From NCBI GenBank assembly GCA_016181845.1, contig JACOYO010000001.1:33133-97132 (forward strand): a DNA stretch of 64,000 bases. The letters are read 5' to 3'. The notes beneath the pieces were generated by a model, which was given only the letters and a program-made list of their open reading frames with translations, had not been told where the DNA came from and searched no databases. Position numbers and translations under genes: made by a program. Each line of letters starts with the position of its first letter. The stretch's first letter is position 1. Of this stretch, positions 50,414 to 59,599 are shown one piece after another. Source of the DNA: Parcubacteria group bacterium. Its GTDB lineage: Bacteria; Patescibacteriota; Minisyncoccia; Phycocordibacterales; 21-14-all-47-15.

Positions 50414-51517
50414 ATGAAAAAGATTTTAATTGCGGTTCTATCTGTATTCTTCCTTGTTGCCATGGTTGCAATTGGAATAAATACGGCGAGCGCCGCAGAA
50501 GATCCAAGCGCAAAAAAGGTGGCGTCTTTGTTTGAGGGATGGAAAGCGAGTGGCCATGTATTGTTTGGCGCGAATCTTTCCAATAAACGAGCCGCGCACG
50601 ACGCAGAAATGTATTTTGACCGCGGACGATTGGATTTAAAAAAAGAGGGTCTCTCGTTTTTTAAAGAACATGACGGCGGATTACGGTTTACGTTTGAGAC
50701 CTTCAACGATGCGAATTCAAAAAAGCCGGAATTCTTCCTGAAATATGTATATCCGTGGATTAAATTGACCGATGATATTACATTGCAGGCCGGATATATT
50801 CCGACACCGCTTGTCGGGCCGGAGGAAATGGAAATTCGATGGCTCGGTGAAGAAATCGGAAAATCCCTTATTGATACGCACCTGAAAATGTCCTCAAGAA
50901 CGCTCGGTGCCGGATTAGAATACACATTCCCCATCGGTAAAATATACGCGACCGCCGGCGAAGGTTCGTATAATAGCGGAAACGCAATTGAGGGGATTGT
51001 TGAACTTACGCCATTCAAATCATCGGAAAATTTTTTGAAGTATTTCTTCGCGCATGTAGGCGGTATGTATAACATGACCGCCGAGGAAGCAAATGCTAAT
51101 AGTTCAACTCTGTGGCTGGCGCGCGCCGGTTTTAAAGAAAAAGGCGTCTATAGCATATCCGGCATGGTCTTGACGACAAACGGACCGTCTTCGCGGCTTG
51201 CGAAAGAGTATCCCGGCCTTACAAAATATTTCAAAAACCAAGACATTGAAAACAGCGGTTTTGAACTGCTTGGGCGCGTATATCCCTGGAAAATTATCAG
51301 TGGTGATAGCGTCAGTGAAATGAAGAAGGTGTGGATTATGGCGCGACACAGAAACATTACCGGCGATTTTGATTACACTCAAAACTTGTTCATGACAGGT
51401 TATGACATAAGCAATAACCTGCAAATCGGTATCGGTACCGCCATCTCTTCAGCATCGGCAAATACCAGTATTGCAGACAACGCAAAAGTCGTTGTCGCTC
51501 TCCAATTAAAATTCTGA
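50414..51517 (+). CDS. Putative outer-membrane beta-barrel porin (OprO/P-like)
   Basis: GGAGG SD; signal peptide; amphipathic beta-strand pattern; C-terminal VALQLKF beta-signal. Confidence 0.65.
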   Translation: MKKILIAVLSVFFLVAMVAIGINTASAAEDPSAKKVASLFEGWKASGHVLFGANLSNKRAAHDAEMYFDRGRLDLKKEGLSFFKEHDGGLRFTFETFNDANSKKPEFFLKYVYPWIKLTDDITLQAGYIPTPLVGPEEMEIRWLGEEIGKSLIDTHLKMSSRTLGAGLEYTFPIGKIYATAGEGSYNSGNAIEGIVELTPFKSSENFLKYFFAHVGGMYNMTAEEANANSSTLWLARAGFKEKGVYSISGMVLTTNGPSSRLAKEYPGLTKYFKNQDIENSGFELLGRVYPWKIISGDSVSEMKKVWIMARHRNITGDFDYTQNLFMTGYDISNNLQIGIGTAISSASANTSIADNAKVVVALQLKF

Positions 51518-51531
51518 ATTTTAAAACATAA

Positions 51532-51564
51532 AAACCCCCATGCAATAAAATCGCATGGGGGTTT
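51532..51564. terminator. Bidirectional terminator between porin and molybdoenzyme genes
   Basis: AAACCCCCATGC...GCATGGGGGTTT. Confidence 0.85.
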
Positions 51565-51586
51565 AAACTATCTAAAAAAGAACAAA

Positions 51587-54238
51587 CTAAACTTTTTCAA
51601 TGGTGACAATGGTGTCCATCCATCGTTGCTGTCCTCCAATCGGGTCTCCTTTATTTGGAATAATCCAATTGGGGTGCACACCTTTGTCTTTCCACCAAAT
51701 TCTCGCAATGTCTTCGTCTTCCCTTCCAAACGGAGATTTGACAGTGCCGGCAGTCGCGGCTCTTCCATGAGCCCAATGCCCGCAATGATGGGAAATGGCG
51801 ATAACTCCCGGGATAATTCCTTCCCGCAAACTGGCCTCGGTAATAATAGAACCAATTTCAGAAGTTACTCTGATTTTATCGCCGTTGTGAATCTTAAATT
51901 GCCGTGCAGTAAGCGGATGTATCATCGCTGGATTGCGATGATACAGCTCGCTCAACAACCAATTTCCTTGCGTCCTAGAGTGCGTTTGTTCGGCAACTTT
52001 ATAGGTAGTCAGCACGAGCTGACTTTCCTTGAGATTCTCAAATTCCGGAATTGGCATCCACGCCGGTAAAGCGGGGAAACCTTTTTCTTCAAGAAACTTT
52101 GAGTAAATCTCCAACAAACCGCTTTTATTGATTTTATCCGGCGTGAATCCTTTATACGGAGTACCGTCGACTATCTGGCCAACGTAGTTTTTATACGCGT
52201 CTTTTGTCGTCGTATAATCTTCTTCCGATTTGCCTTTCCAGATTACACCGGTTTTTTTATCAACAATGGTTCCTTCCATATCCTCTGGTTTAAGAATTTT
52301 TGCGTGTCCGTCATATGACGGTTTTTGAGCGCGGTCATACCATGCGCCAAACCGTTTCATATATTCAAACCCACTTATTCCAAGCTCTGCGCCGGCATCT
52401 TTCACGCCAGGCGTATTTTCGCACGCATCGCGGACAACTTCTTCCGCGCTTTCTACCACAAACGAGCCATCTCCATCTTTCCCCATTCCGAGACGACGGG
52501 CGAGTTCACAAACAACATTCTGAAAATCGCTGGCTTCGCCAGGTAATGTTTCATACACCGGCTGGCGAATATAGAATTCAGGAATCTGATCCATAGAGGC
52601 CATATCTTCCCATGCCCATCGTTCTAAATAATTGGCATCCGGAAGAACCAAGTCCGCGTACTTTGTTCCTTCGCCATACCCGACATCAACGGCGACGCTA
52701 AACGGAATAATCGATTCATCTTTGAGGATGGCGATATTTTCCCGGCAATTGCCGTTTGCATATGCCGCATTGTAGCAATACGCCATGTATATTTCAGGGC
52801 GTCCGTATTTTCCTTCTTTGATTAAGCGCAAGACATCTTGTCCGGCATGATGGTTTGGAAACGCATATCCTTCGCCATCAAGAACTTTTAGCTTTTTCGG
52901 ATGCCCTTCTGGTTTCTTGAAAGAATTTTTCCACTTCGCGCCGATAGCCATCATTCGTCCGCCTTTGCGATTCGTGTATCCGCAAAGCGCTTCAAGCATG
53001 ATGACGGCGCGTTCCGTCATGACACCGTTGTAATGAGCCACCGCTCCGCGATACGAAATGATTGTTCCCGGTTTTGCTTTTGCATAGCCGACAGCAATTT
53101 CACGAATCGTTTGCGCCGGAACACCGCTTATCTTTTCTGCCCATTCCGGCGTGTAACCGGCTACATGGTCTTTGATTTGAACAATGGTTGTATTCGTCCA
53201 TTTCTCAAAAAATTCTTTGTCATAAAGCTCTTCGGAAATGACGACATTCGCCATCGCAAGCACAACCGCGAGGTCGGTTCCGGGTTTAATCGGAATCCAC
53301 TTCGTTGATTTCGCCGCTGTGTTGCTTAAGCGAACATCAAACGTATACATAGGGACATTTTTCCCGATCGCTTTCATAAGCCGTTGGGCGAGCGGAATAT
53401 GCGAGGTATGCGCTTCAAGCGGATTTGAACCGAAATTCAAAATAAAATTCGTATGCACGACATCGTTGACATCGTAATGTTTTCCCCACGTCAGCTCTTG
53501 CGCTACAAATTTTCCGCCTTCGCAAATCGTCGTATGGTTCCCTATTGTTTTCGTGCCATACGCGGAAAGAAAAAGGTCTTTGATCAAAGTGCTCGTTGAA
53601 CCTTTCATTCTTCCGTATTGGAACATGAAATATTCAGGGCGACCTTCGTCCCGAAGCGTCTTCAAACCTTTCACGGAACGGCCAGCAATTTCTCCGCCGT
53701 TTACTAAAAGATTAAGCGCCTCTTCCCAACCGATACGCTCCCATTGGTCATCGCCGCGCTTGCTTCCGTTTTTTCTTTTCATCGGATACAAGAGACGGTC
53801 CGGATCATAGAGATGCTGCCAGCCGGAACGGCCTTTTGCGCAGAGTCCGCCGTTGTTTCTCGGCAAATTAGGATTCCCTTCAATCCTCTTTACTTTGCCG
53901 GTCTTTGTGTCAACAACGAATATTGCTCCGCACCGAGATACGCATTGCCAGCAAGCGCTTGGGACAAACGTTTCATATTCGTTTGACAAGCCGGCGATAT
54001 TAATCGCCGCGGGTCTGCCCAATACGTTCGTGTCCGTTTTTTGCTCCACTGTCATCAACGCTTTTTCTACCGTAATAAACGGCGACTTTTTGAGCGCGGC
54101 CAAGGCGTCTTTTTTGTTATGAAAGACATGCTCTTCCACCAATTTGAGCGCGACAGCATACGCCGAACCGCTAAAGACAGTCGCTCCGCCAAAAACAATG
54201 CCGCATTTTTTTAAGAAATCTCTTCTGGATGTATCCAT
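51587..54238 (-). CDS. Mo/W-bisPGD oxidoreductase catalytic subunit (PsrA/ArrA/TtrA-type), Tat-exported
   Basis: SRRDFLK Tat motif; CWQCVSRC...LCAKG FS0 cluster; YDPDRL; NHTTICE (putative Cys ligand); ADLVLP..YLER; SD GAAAGGAG. Confidence 0.9.
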   Translation of the reverse strand: MDTSRRDFLKKCGIVFGGATVFSGSAYAVALKLVEEHVFHNKKDALAALKKSPFITVEKALMTVEQKTDTNVLGRPAAINIAGLSNEYETFVPSACWQCVSRCGAIFVVDTKTGKVKRIEGNPNLPRNNGGLCAKGRSGWQHLYDPDRLLYPMKRKNGSKRGDDQWERIGWEEALNLLVNGGEIAGRSVKGLKTLRDEGRPEYFMFQYGRMKGSTSTLIKDLFLSAYGTKTIGNHTTICEGGKFVAQELTWGKHYDVNDVVHTNFILNFGSNPLEAHTSHIPLAQRLMKAIGKNVPMYTFDVRLSNTAAKSTKWIPIKPGTDLAVVLAMANVVISEELYDKEFFEKWTNTTIVQIKDHVAGYTPEWAEKISGVPAQTIREIAVGYAKAKPGTIISYRGAVAHYNGVMTERAVIMLEALCGYTNRKGGRMMAIGAKWKNSFKKPEGHPKKLKVLDGEGYAFPNHHAGQDVLRLIKEGKYGRPEIYMAYCYNAAYANGNCRENIAILKDESIIPFSVAVDVGYGEGTKYADLVLPDANYLERWAWEDMASMDQIPEFYIRQPVYETLPGEASDFQNVVCELARRLGMGKDGDGSFVVESAEEVVRDACENTPGVKDAGAELGISGFEYMKRFGAWYDRAQKPSYDGHAKILKPEDMEGTIVDKKTGVIWKGKSEEDYTTTKDAYKNYVGQIVDGTPYKGFTPDKINKSGLLEIYSKFLEEKGFPALPAWMPIPEFENLKESQLVLTTYKVAEQTHSRTQGNWLLSELYHRNPAMIHPLTARQFKIHNGDKIRVTSEIGSIITEASLREGIIPGVIAISHHCGHWAHGRAATAGTVKSPFGREDEDIARIWWKDKGVHPNWIIPNKGDPIGGQQRWMDTIVTIEKV

Positions 54239-54269
54239 AATCAATTCTCCTTTCTTTCGTTGGCAATGT

Positions 54270-55157
54270 TTATGCGAGCGGAAGCGTGAGACCGCCGATA
54301 ACAACGGCATATCTCATCGCGAAAATACCAACCATGACCAGAATAGACGCAATCGTATAGCTTGCTACTGTTTTTTTGGAAAGCAATAGCGCAAGAGGAA
54401 CAAGCGCTCCCAGAAAAATTTCAACTCCCAAAAAGATCGGGGCAAAACTTCCCTGTGTTAAGAAAACAAAAGCCGCAAACGCCTCTTTTGAACCATACGC
54501 CAATGTCAGGAGATCGGTGCCGATTAAAAACATATCAAGCGCGATCATCCACACAAGCATGCCGCCAAGGTCAAAGATTAATTCCTTGCCAAATCGTTTT
54601 TCTTCCGGTAATAAAACATTCGCGAAAGATAAAAGGATAATAACAAGCGCCAATCCTGACACGGTCGCCGAAACTAAAAATAGCGTCGGCATAAGCGCCG
54701 TGTGCCAGAGTACGCGTGATTCAACAAGGCCTAAAATAAAGCCGGTGTAACCGTGTACCGAGATAGCGAGAGGAATGCCGATAGCACCAAACAATTTCGT
54801 AAGCGACCAATTCTTATTCCACATAAAATATCCGTACACAAGACAATTGATCGGATACAGAATCAGAAGAATCGTGCCCCAGCTTATTGCCGATGTTGCG
54901 TTAAAAGTAAAAAATAAATACCAAAAACGCATCGGTTGTTCCAAATCCGCAATAAGAAAAAGTGGCGCGATAACGAGCAATACAAATGCCAATACAAGAG
55001 CCGGCATCGCGATTTTTTTATATTTTTCTACACCGAATACATACGCGAGAGTCGATAACACGAACGACCCGGCGCTTAATCCGGTGAAGTAAAAATACAA
55101 CGCGATAAGCCAGCTCCACGCGGGGCCATTCGCAAAATCAGAGATTACTTCCGTCAT
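54270..55157 (-). CDS. NrfD/PsrC-family membrane anchor subunit
   Basis: WSWLIALYFYFTGLSAG, DLEQPMRF, SAISWG and YTGF motifs; about 8 TM helices. Confidence 0.9.
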   Translation of the reverse strand: MTEVISDFANGPAWSWLIALYFYFTGLSAGSFVLSTLAYVFGVEKYKKIAMPALVLAFVLLVIAPLFLIADLEQPMRFWYLFFTFNATSAISWGTILLILYPINCLVYGYFMWNKNWSLTKLFGAIGIPLAISVHGYTGFILGLVESRVLWHTALMPTLFLVSATVSGLALVIILLSFANVLLPEEKRFGKELIFDLGGMLVWMIALDMFLIGTDLLTLAYGSKEAFAAFVFLTQGSFAPIFLGVEIFLGALVPLALLLSKKTVASYTIASILVMVGIFAMRYAVVIGGLTLPLA

Positions 55158-55200
55158 GGCGTGTCCCTTTCTATAACAAAGGTTAATGAAAATTTCTTAT

Positions 55201-55986
55201 TCATTTTTCCATGTTTATCGGGTCAGTCTTCGCATGGACGGTATACTCATCCAAACCGATATAATAGACCTTCGGTTCAGTGCCGTGTTCCGAACCCAAA
55301 CGTTGTACCGAGTTTTGGCTTATCGTTTTACTGATTTCACTATTCGGGTCATTCAAATCCCCGAATATCCGCGCGCCGTAACGGCACGCGTCAACACAAG
55401 CCGGCAATTCGCCACGAAGAACTTTGTGCATACAAAAAGTGCATTTATCAGCAGTTTCTTTTTTGGGATCCATGTACCGCGCCCGATATGGACAAGCGCT
55501 AACGCACATGCCGCATCCGATACATTTATCGTATTGGATGAGCACGGCGCCAGATTTATCTTTGTAAGTCGCACCTGTGGGGCAATTTTTCTCACAGGGC
55601 GCCTTATCGCAATGCATGCACAATCTAGGCATGAAGTGTCGCGACACATCCGGGAATTTTCCACAGTCAACAACCTTCACCCAAGACCGAAATACACCCG
55701 GGGAAATATGATTTTCAGACTTGCACGCGACGTGGCATGCTTTACATCCAATGCATTTCCGCAGATCAATAACCATTCCCAATCTCTTTCCGGTTTCCTT
55801 GCCATTTTCTGTAAGATTTTTTTCTACAACAGTGGCAATAACCGGTTCAGGTAATGCGGCGCCTCCGACAACGACTCCGGCCGCTATAGCCGCGTTTCTT
55901 AAAAAATGCCTTCGGTCAATATGCCCGGTATCGTCCACGATTGAACATTCCTTAATGTCATTCGCTTCTTTTTTATTTTTTTCCAT
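55201..55986 (-). CDS. 4x[4Fe-4S] electron-transfer subunit (NrfC/PsrB/TtrB-like) with Tat motif
   Basis: DRRHFLR; CIGCKAC, CMHC..PC..CP, CIGCGMC..CPY, CTFC...ACV..C. Confidence 0.93.
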   Translation of the reverse strand: MEKNKKEANDIKECSIVDDTGHIDRRHFLRNAAIAAGVVVGGAALPEPVIATVVEKNLTENGKETGKRLGMVIDLRKCIGCKACHVACKSENHISPGVFRSWVKVVDCGKFPDVSRHFMPRLCMHCDKAPCEKNCPTGATYKDKSGAVLIQYDKCIGCGMCVSACPYRARYMDPKKETADKCTFCMHKVLRGELPACVDACRYGARIFGDLNDPNSEISKTISQNSVQRLGSEHGTEPKVYYIGLDEYTVHAKTDPINMEK

Positions 55987-56343
55987 AACGTCCCGCTCCT
56001 TTCAAAAGTATACGGCGTTGCATTATTAAGTAACGCTAGTGCCAGAAAAAAATTCCTTCAGGTGAGATTCACCTTATAGCCAAATTCAAGCGAGCAACCA
56101 TTTCTTTCTGTTCAGTAGTTCAGATTGGATAATTCTATATTGTCAAAAAGCTTCTGCCATAACGGCATATTAAAATTCTCATTCTGGCTAACAGAATACT
56201 ACTAAAAAATTTCTTGACAAATTTTATGATTATTTTAAATACTTAATAAAAAATCATCGCGATAATGATCTGAATTATCTAAACAAAACCTATATGCAAA
56301 GCCGTTTTTCTTGACAAAAAAATTATTGATACTATCATAAATA

Positions 56344-56368
56344 TGACGACAAAATTATTGTCATATTT
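56344..56368 (+). promoter_or_regulatory. Putative TrmB operator abutting the start codon
   Basis: Lies within the palindrome AAATATGAC-N12-GTCATATTT; TTGACA and -10-like sequences just upstream. Confidence 0.65.
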
Positions 56369-57100
56369 ATGCATTTACAACACACCATACAGCAATTGGG
56401 TTATACGCCAAATGAAGTAAGGGTATATCTTACCTCGCTTGAATTAGGTGAAGCGACCATTTCAGAGATTGCAGAAAAGGCAAAATTGCCGCGAACAAGC
56501 GTCCAGTTGATTATTCACGATTTGCATGCAAAGCGCCTTTTGTATTCATACGCCAAGAACCGCCGAAAATGCTATATCGCTGAAAATCCGGAAAAGTTGC
56601 TTATTCAATTGCGAGAACGCGAGGCGGCGCTGAAAGAAATATTGCCAGAATTGCACGGCATAAGGCACGAGACTGGCGTAAAGCCGACCGTACGTTCGTA
56701 TAATGGCACCGGTGGCATTTGGAATATCCTCAACGATATTCTGGAAACGAAACAAAATCTCCGCTCTCTTTCGTCAATTGACGACATGTCTTTGCTTCTT
56801 GGCGATGAATTCAATGATTTTGTTACCCTGCGACATAAAAACAATCTCCGCGTTCAATTGCTCACTCCGCGCTCCAGAGAAACAGAGGCGCTTAAAAAGC
56901 GCGACTCGCTTGAATTGCGGGAAGTGCGTTTTCTTAAACCTGAAGTAAAAATTCACAACGCAAACTTTATTTACGGAGAAAAAGTCGCCATTATATCACT
57001 TAATAAAAAACTGCCCGTTGGAATCATTATTAAAGACAGGGACATCGCCGCCACACAAGCAATGCTTTTTGATACGCTTTGGGAAACAAGCAGAGAATAA
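56369..57100 (+). CDS. TrmB-family transcriptional regulator
   Basis: LGYTPNEVRVYL..L...RTSV HTH; AENPEKL; IYGEKVAII. Confidence 0.9.
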   Translation: MHLQHTIQQLGYTPNEVRVYLTSLELGEATISEIAEKAKLPRTSVQLIIHDLHAKRLLYSYAKNRRKCYIAENPEKLLIQLREREAALKEILPELHGIRHETGVKPTVRSYNGTGGIWNILNDILETKQNLRSLSSIDDMSLLLGDEFNDFVTLRHKNNLRVQLLTPRSRETEALKKRDSLELREVRFLKPEVKIHNANFIYGEKVAIISLNKKLPVGIIIKDRDIAATQAMLFDTLWETSRE

Positions 57101-57569
57101 AAACATCGGGGCATTTTCGTGTGCGCAGAAAAAAAGTGACGCGCCAATTTATAGAAATAGTTCTTTGTGTTAAATCAGCATGTTTTTTGTGCTCAAGACA
57201 CACTGAATTGATGCAGTAGCGTTTTCCTCTCGGTGTGTGGCCGTCGTCAAACACATGCCCTAGATGCGAGCCGCATGTTGCACAAACCACTTCGGTGCGA
57301 TGCATGCCGTGCGAATCGTCGGTGATATATTCCACCGCGCCAGGAAGAGCGCTGTCAAAAGAAGGCCAGCCGGTGCCGGAATCAAATTTTGCATCGGAAG
57401 AAAAGAGTTTGTTTCCGCACACTTTGCACGCATACATTCCCGCTTCGTTTGTCTTTGCATACACGCCCGAAAAAGAGGCTTCGGTACCCTTATCACGCAA
57501 GACGGCATACTCTTCGGATGTGAGCCGTTTTTTCAATGCTTCTTCGTTTTTGATATATTTGTTATTCAT
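57030..57569 (-). CDS. msrB: Methionine-R-sulfoxide reductase with an abnormal C-terminal extension
   Basis: GTE, CKVC, KFDSGTGWPSF, HLGHVF and RYCINS motifs. Confidence 0.92.
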   Translation of the reverse strand: MNNKYIKNEEALKKRLTSEEYAVLRDKGTEASFSGVYAKTNEAGMYACKVCGNKLFSSDAKFDSGTGWPSFDSALPGAVEYITDDSHGMHRTEVVCATCGSHLGHVFDDGHTPRGKRYCINSVCLEHKKHADLTQRTISINWRVTFFLRTRKCPDVFILCLFPKAYQKALLVWRRCPCL

Positions 57570-57588
57570 ATAATTTATATCGCGTCTT

Positions 57589-58074
57589 TTATACATGGCA
57601 TGCGCCGCCGCCGTGTTTTTCAAAATACCGCTGATGATATTCTTCGGCACGATAAAACGGACTGGCTTTGGTAATTTCCGTCACGATAGGATTATTAAAT
57701 TTTTTTGACGTATCAAGCGTTTCTTTAGATTTTCGCGCCGCGATTTCCTGTGTCGCGCTATGAAAAAATATCGCCGAACGATACTGCTCTCCAACATCGG
57801 GACCCTGACGGTTTGCTGTCGTAGGATCGTGCATATCCCAAAACGCCTGGAGCAAAACTTCGTATGAAACTTCTTTCGGGTCAAAAAGCACATGAACGGC
57901 CTCCGCATGCCCAGTTTTTCCTCCGCATACGTCTTCATACGTTGGATGTTTTGTGTGTCCACCCACATAGCCGACGATGACGTCTTTCACCCCTTTGATT
58001 TTTCTAAACGCCTCCTCAACGCCCCAGAAACATCCTGCGGCAAACGTTGCTTTTTCAAGATTGATGGTTGTCAT
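57589..58074 (-). CDS. msrA: Methionine-S-sulfoxide reductase
   Basis: GCFWG, GHAE, HDPT and AEEYHQRY motifs. Confidence 0.96.
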   Translation of the reverse strand: MTTINLEKATFAAGCFWGVEEAFRKIKGVKDVIVGYVGGHTKHPTYEDVCGGKTGHAEAVHVLFDPKEVSYEVLLQAFWDMHDPTTANRQGPDVGEQYRSAIFFHSATQEIAARKSKETLDTSKKFNNPIVTEITKASPFYRAEEYHQRYFEKHGGGACHV

Positions 58075-58114
58075 GAAATACAGCGCCTTATTAACGACAC
58101 CTGTTTGTATCACG

Positions 58115-58378
58115 CTATTTCAACTCGGAAAACTTCTCTCGCAATTCTTTTTCGGTTGTCCCGCCCATGGCAAACAGCTCATCATTGATGATAATTCCAG
58201 GGCTCGACATAATACCGTATTTCCCAATGAGTTCCTGGCCTTCGGGAGTTGTCATGTCTACTTCCCTGACATCAAGTTCGGGATACTCCGAGCCTATTTT
58301 TTTTAATAATTCCTTGGTTTGCGCGCAGTGTATACATCCTTCGCGAGTTACTAGAGTCATTTTAATTGTTTTGCTCAT
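58115..58378 (-). CDS. Thioredoxin/glutaredoxin-like protein
   Basis: CIHC active site; YGIMSSP cis-Pro loop. Confidence 0.85.
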   Translation of the reverse strand: MSKTIKMTLVTREGCIHCAQTKELLKKIGSEYPELDVREVDMTTPEGQELIGKYGIMSSPGIIINDELFAMGGTTEKELREKFSELK

Positions 58379-58535
58379 AATGATTTGATTTTTTAATTTT
58401 TTTAATATGCTTGGCTGCGACTATTGCCAAGATGATAATAAGAAACGCCAAAACAGGACCAAGAGCATTGTCAATCGTTACAGTCGTAGCGCCCTCCTCA
58501 TGGGCATATGCAATTTGAATAATAGAAAAATTCAT
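58362..58535 (-). CDS. 57-aa single-TM protein, missed by the ORF track
   Basis: MNFSIIQIAYAHEEG...LAFLIIILAIVAAKHIKK; ATGA overlap with the ccdA stop. Confidence 0.6.
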   Translation of the reverse strand: MNFSIIQIAYAHEEGATTVTIDNALGPVLAFLIIILAIVAAKHIKKIKKSNHYEQNN

Positions 58536-59503
58536 AATGATTGACTTTGTGTTAATTTTTTGCGCTCCACAAACGCGTCACAAATAATAACCGCTCCGAC
58601 CATAAGCCCGATTAGCACCCACGGCAGTATTGTTGCGGTTCCGCCTTGAATGTTTAGCAATACTTCTATGTCCGCGCTCTCAGCGATACTTGGCAATGCT
58701 TTCGTGATTAAATTATTCCATGCGACATGAAATATTGATTCTTCCCAAAATGCCATCTTGAATGGAAGATACTGAAAAAGATAGGCGCCAATGCCGACCA
58801 GCCCCCAGCCCATTGCTCTTTCAATTTTCGTTTGCTGACGGCTTACCCAATCAATTGTGTTAATCCCCAAAATGGCAAGAATGGTTAAGAAAATAAGCGG
58901 CGTGGCTCTACCCAAACCGTGTATCACTCCTAGGGTAATCCCGTCTCCAACATTGCCGACAGTCGCAATATAGGTCAGCAAAACATAAAATGCGGGGTTG
59001 GGACAGCCCACACCGGCATTGCCCAAGAAAAGACCCATAAAAAATGATTTTGAATAATCACCGCTTTTTTGCAAGCGCGTCGGCAGAACCTTCGCCATGA
59101 AAGGCAAGCGTAGGGTGAACAGCCGCAATTCAGACAGCCCGAAAATAAATGCCATTGCTCCGGCAATGCCGAACATGAAACGGATAAGAGTATTCATGCC
59201 GATATATTGCCCGAACCATGAGACAGCCGCTCCATAGATGCTCAAAGTGATTGCGAGCCCAAGACCAAAAAGAATCGCCATCGTAAGCCCCTTCACTGGC
59301 GATTGCCGCATTGCAAGCGGAATAATCACGAATACCAATGGCAGTGTGCATGGCAGAAAAATCATGGAAAGACCGGCCGCGTATGCAAATACTAGACCGG
59401 CTTGCGCTCCGGGCGTGGTGACTAGCCAAAAAATGCCGATGATTGTTATTGAGAGAAGGAGAAAAGAAAAAATTATCAAACCGTTGCGGATTTTGGATGT
59501 CAT
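58532..59503 (-). CDS. ccdA: CcdA/DsbD-type transmembrane thiol-disulfide transporter
   Basis: AGLSMIFLPCTLP and GVGCPNP Cys motifs; multiple TM helices. Confidence 0.8.
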   Translation of the reverse strand: MTSKIRNGLIIFSFLLLSITIIGIFWLVTTPGAQAGLVFAYAAGLSMIFLPCTLPLVFVIIPLAMRQSPVKGLTMAILFGLGLAITLSIYGAAVSWFGQYIGMNTLIRFMFGIAGAMAFIFGLSELRLFTLRLPFMAKVLPTRLQKSGDYSKSFFMGLFLGNAGVGCPNPAFYVLLTYIATVGNVGDGITLGVIHGLGRATPLIFLTILAILGINTIDWVSRQQTKIERAMGWGLVGIGAYLFQYLPFKMAFWEESIFHVAWNNLITKALPSIAESADIEVLLNIQGGTATILPWVLIGLMVGAVIICDAFVERKKLTQSQSL

Positions 59504-59599
59504 ATTACTTTTTCATAAACAATTTTGCGTTGTTGATAATTTTTTGAATTATTTGGTCAATTTTCTATAGTATAATCAAATTCCATACGCATTCTCATT

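Noticed and set aside
50389-51075. Long antisense ORFs (228 aa here, also 41997-42632 and 55186-55854)
   Set aside because: They are shadow frames of well-supported genes on the opposite strand and show no recognisable motifs.
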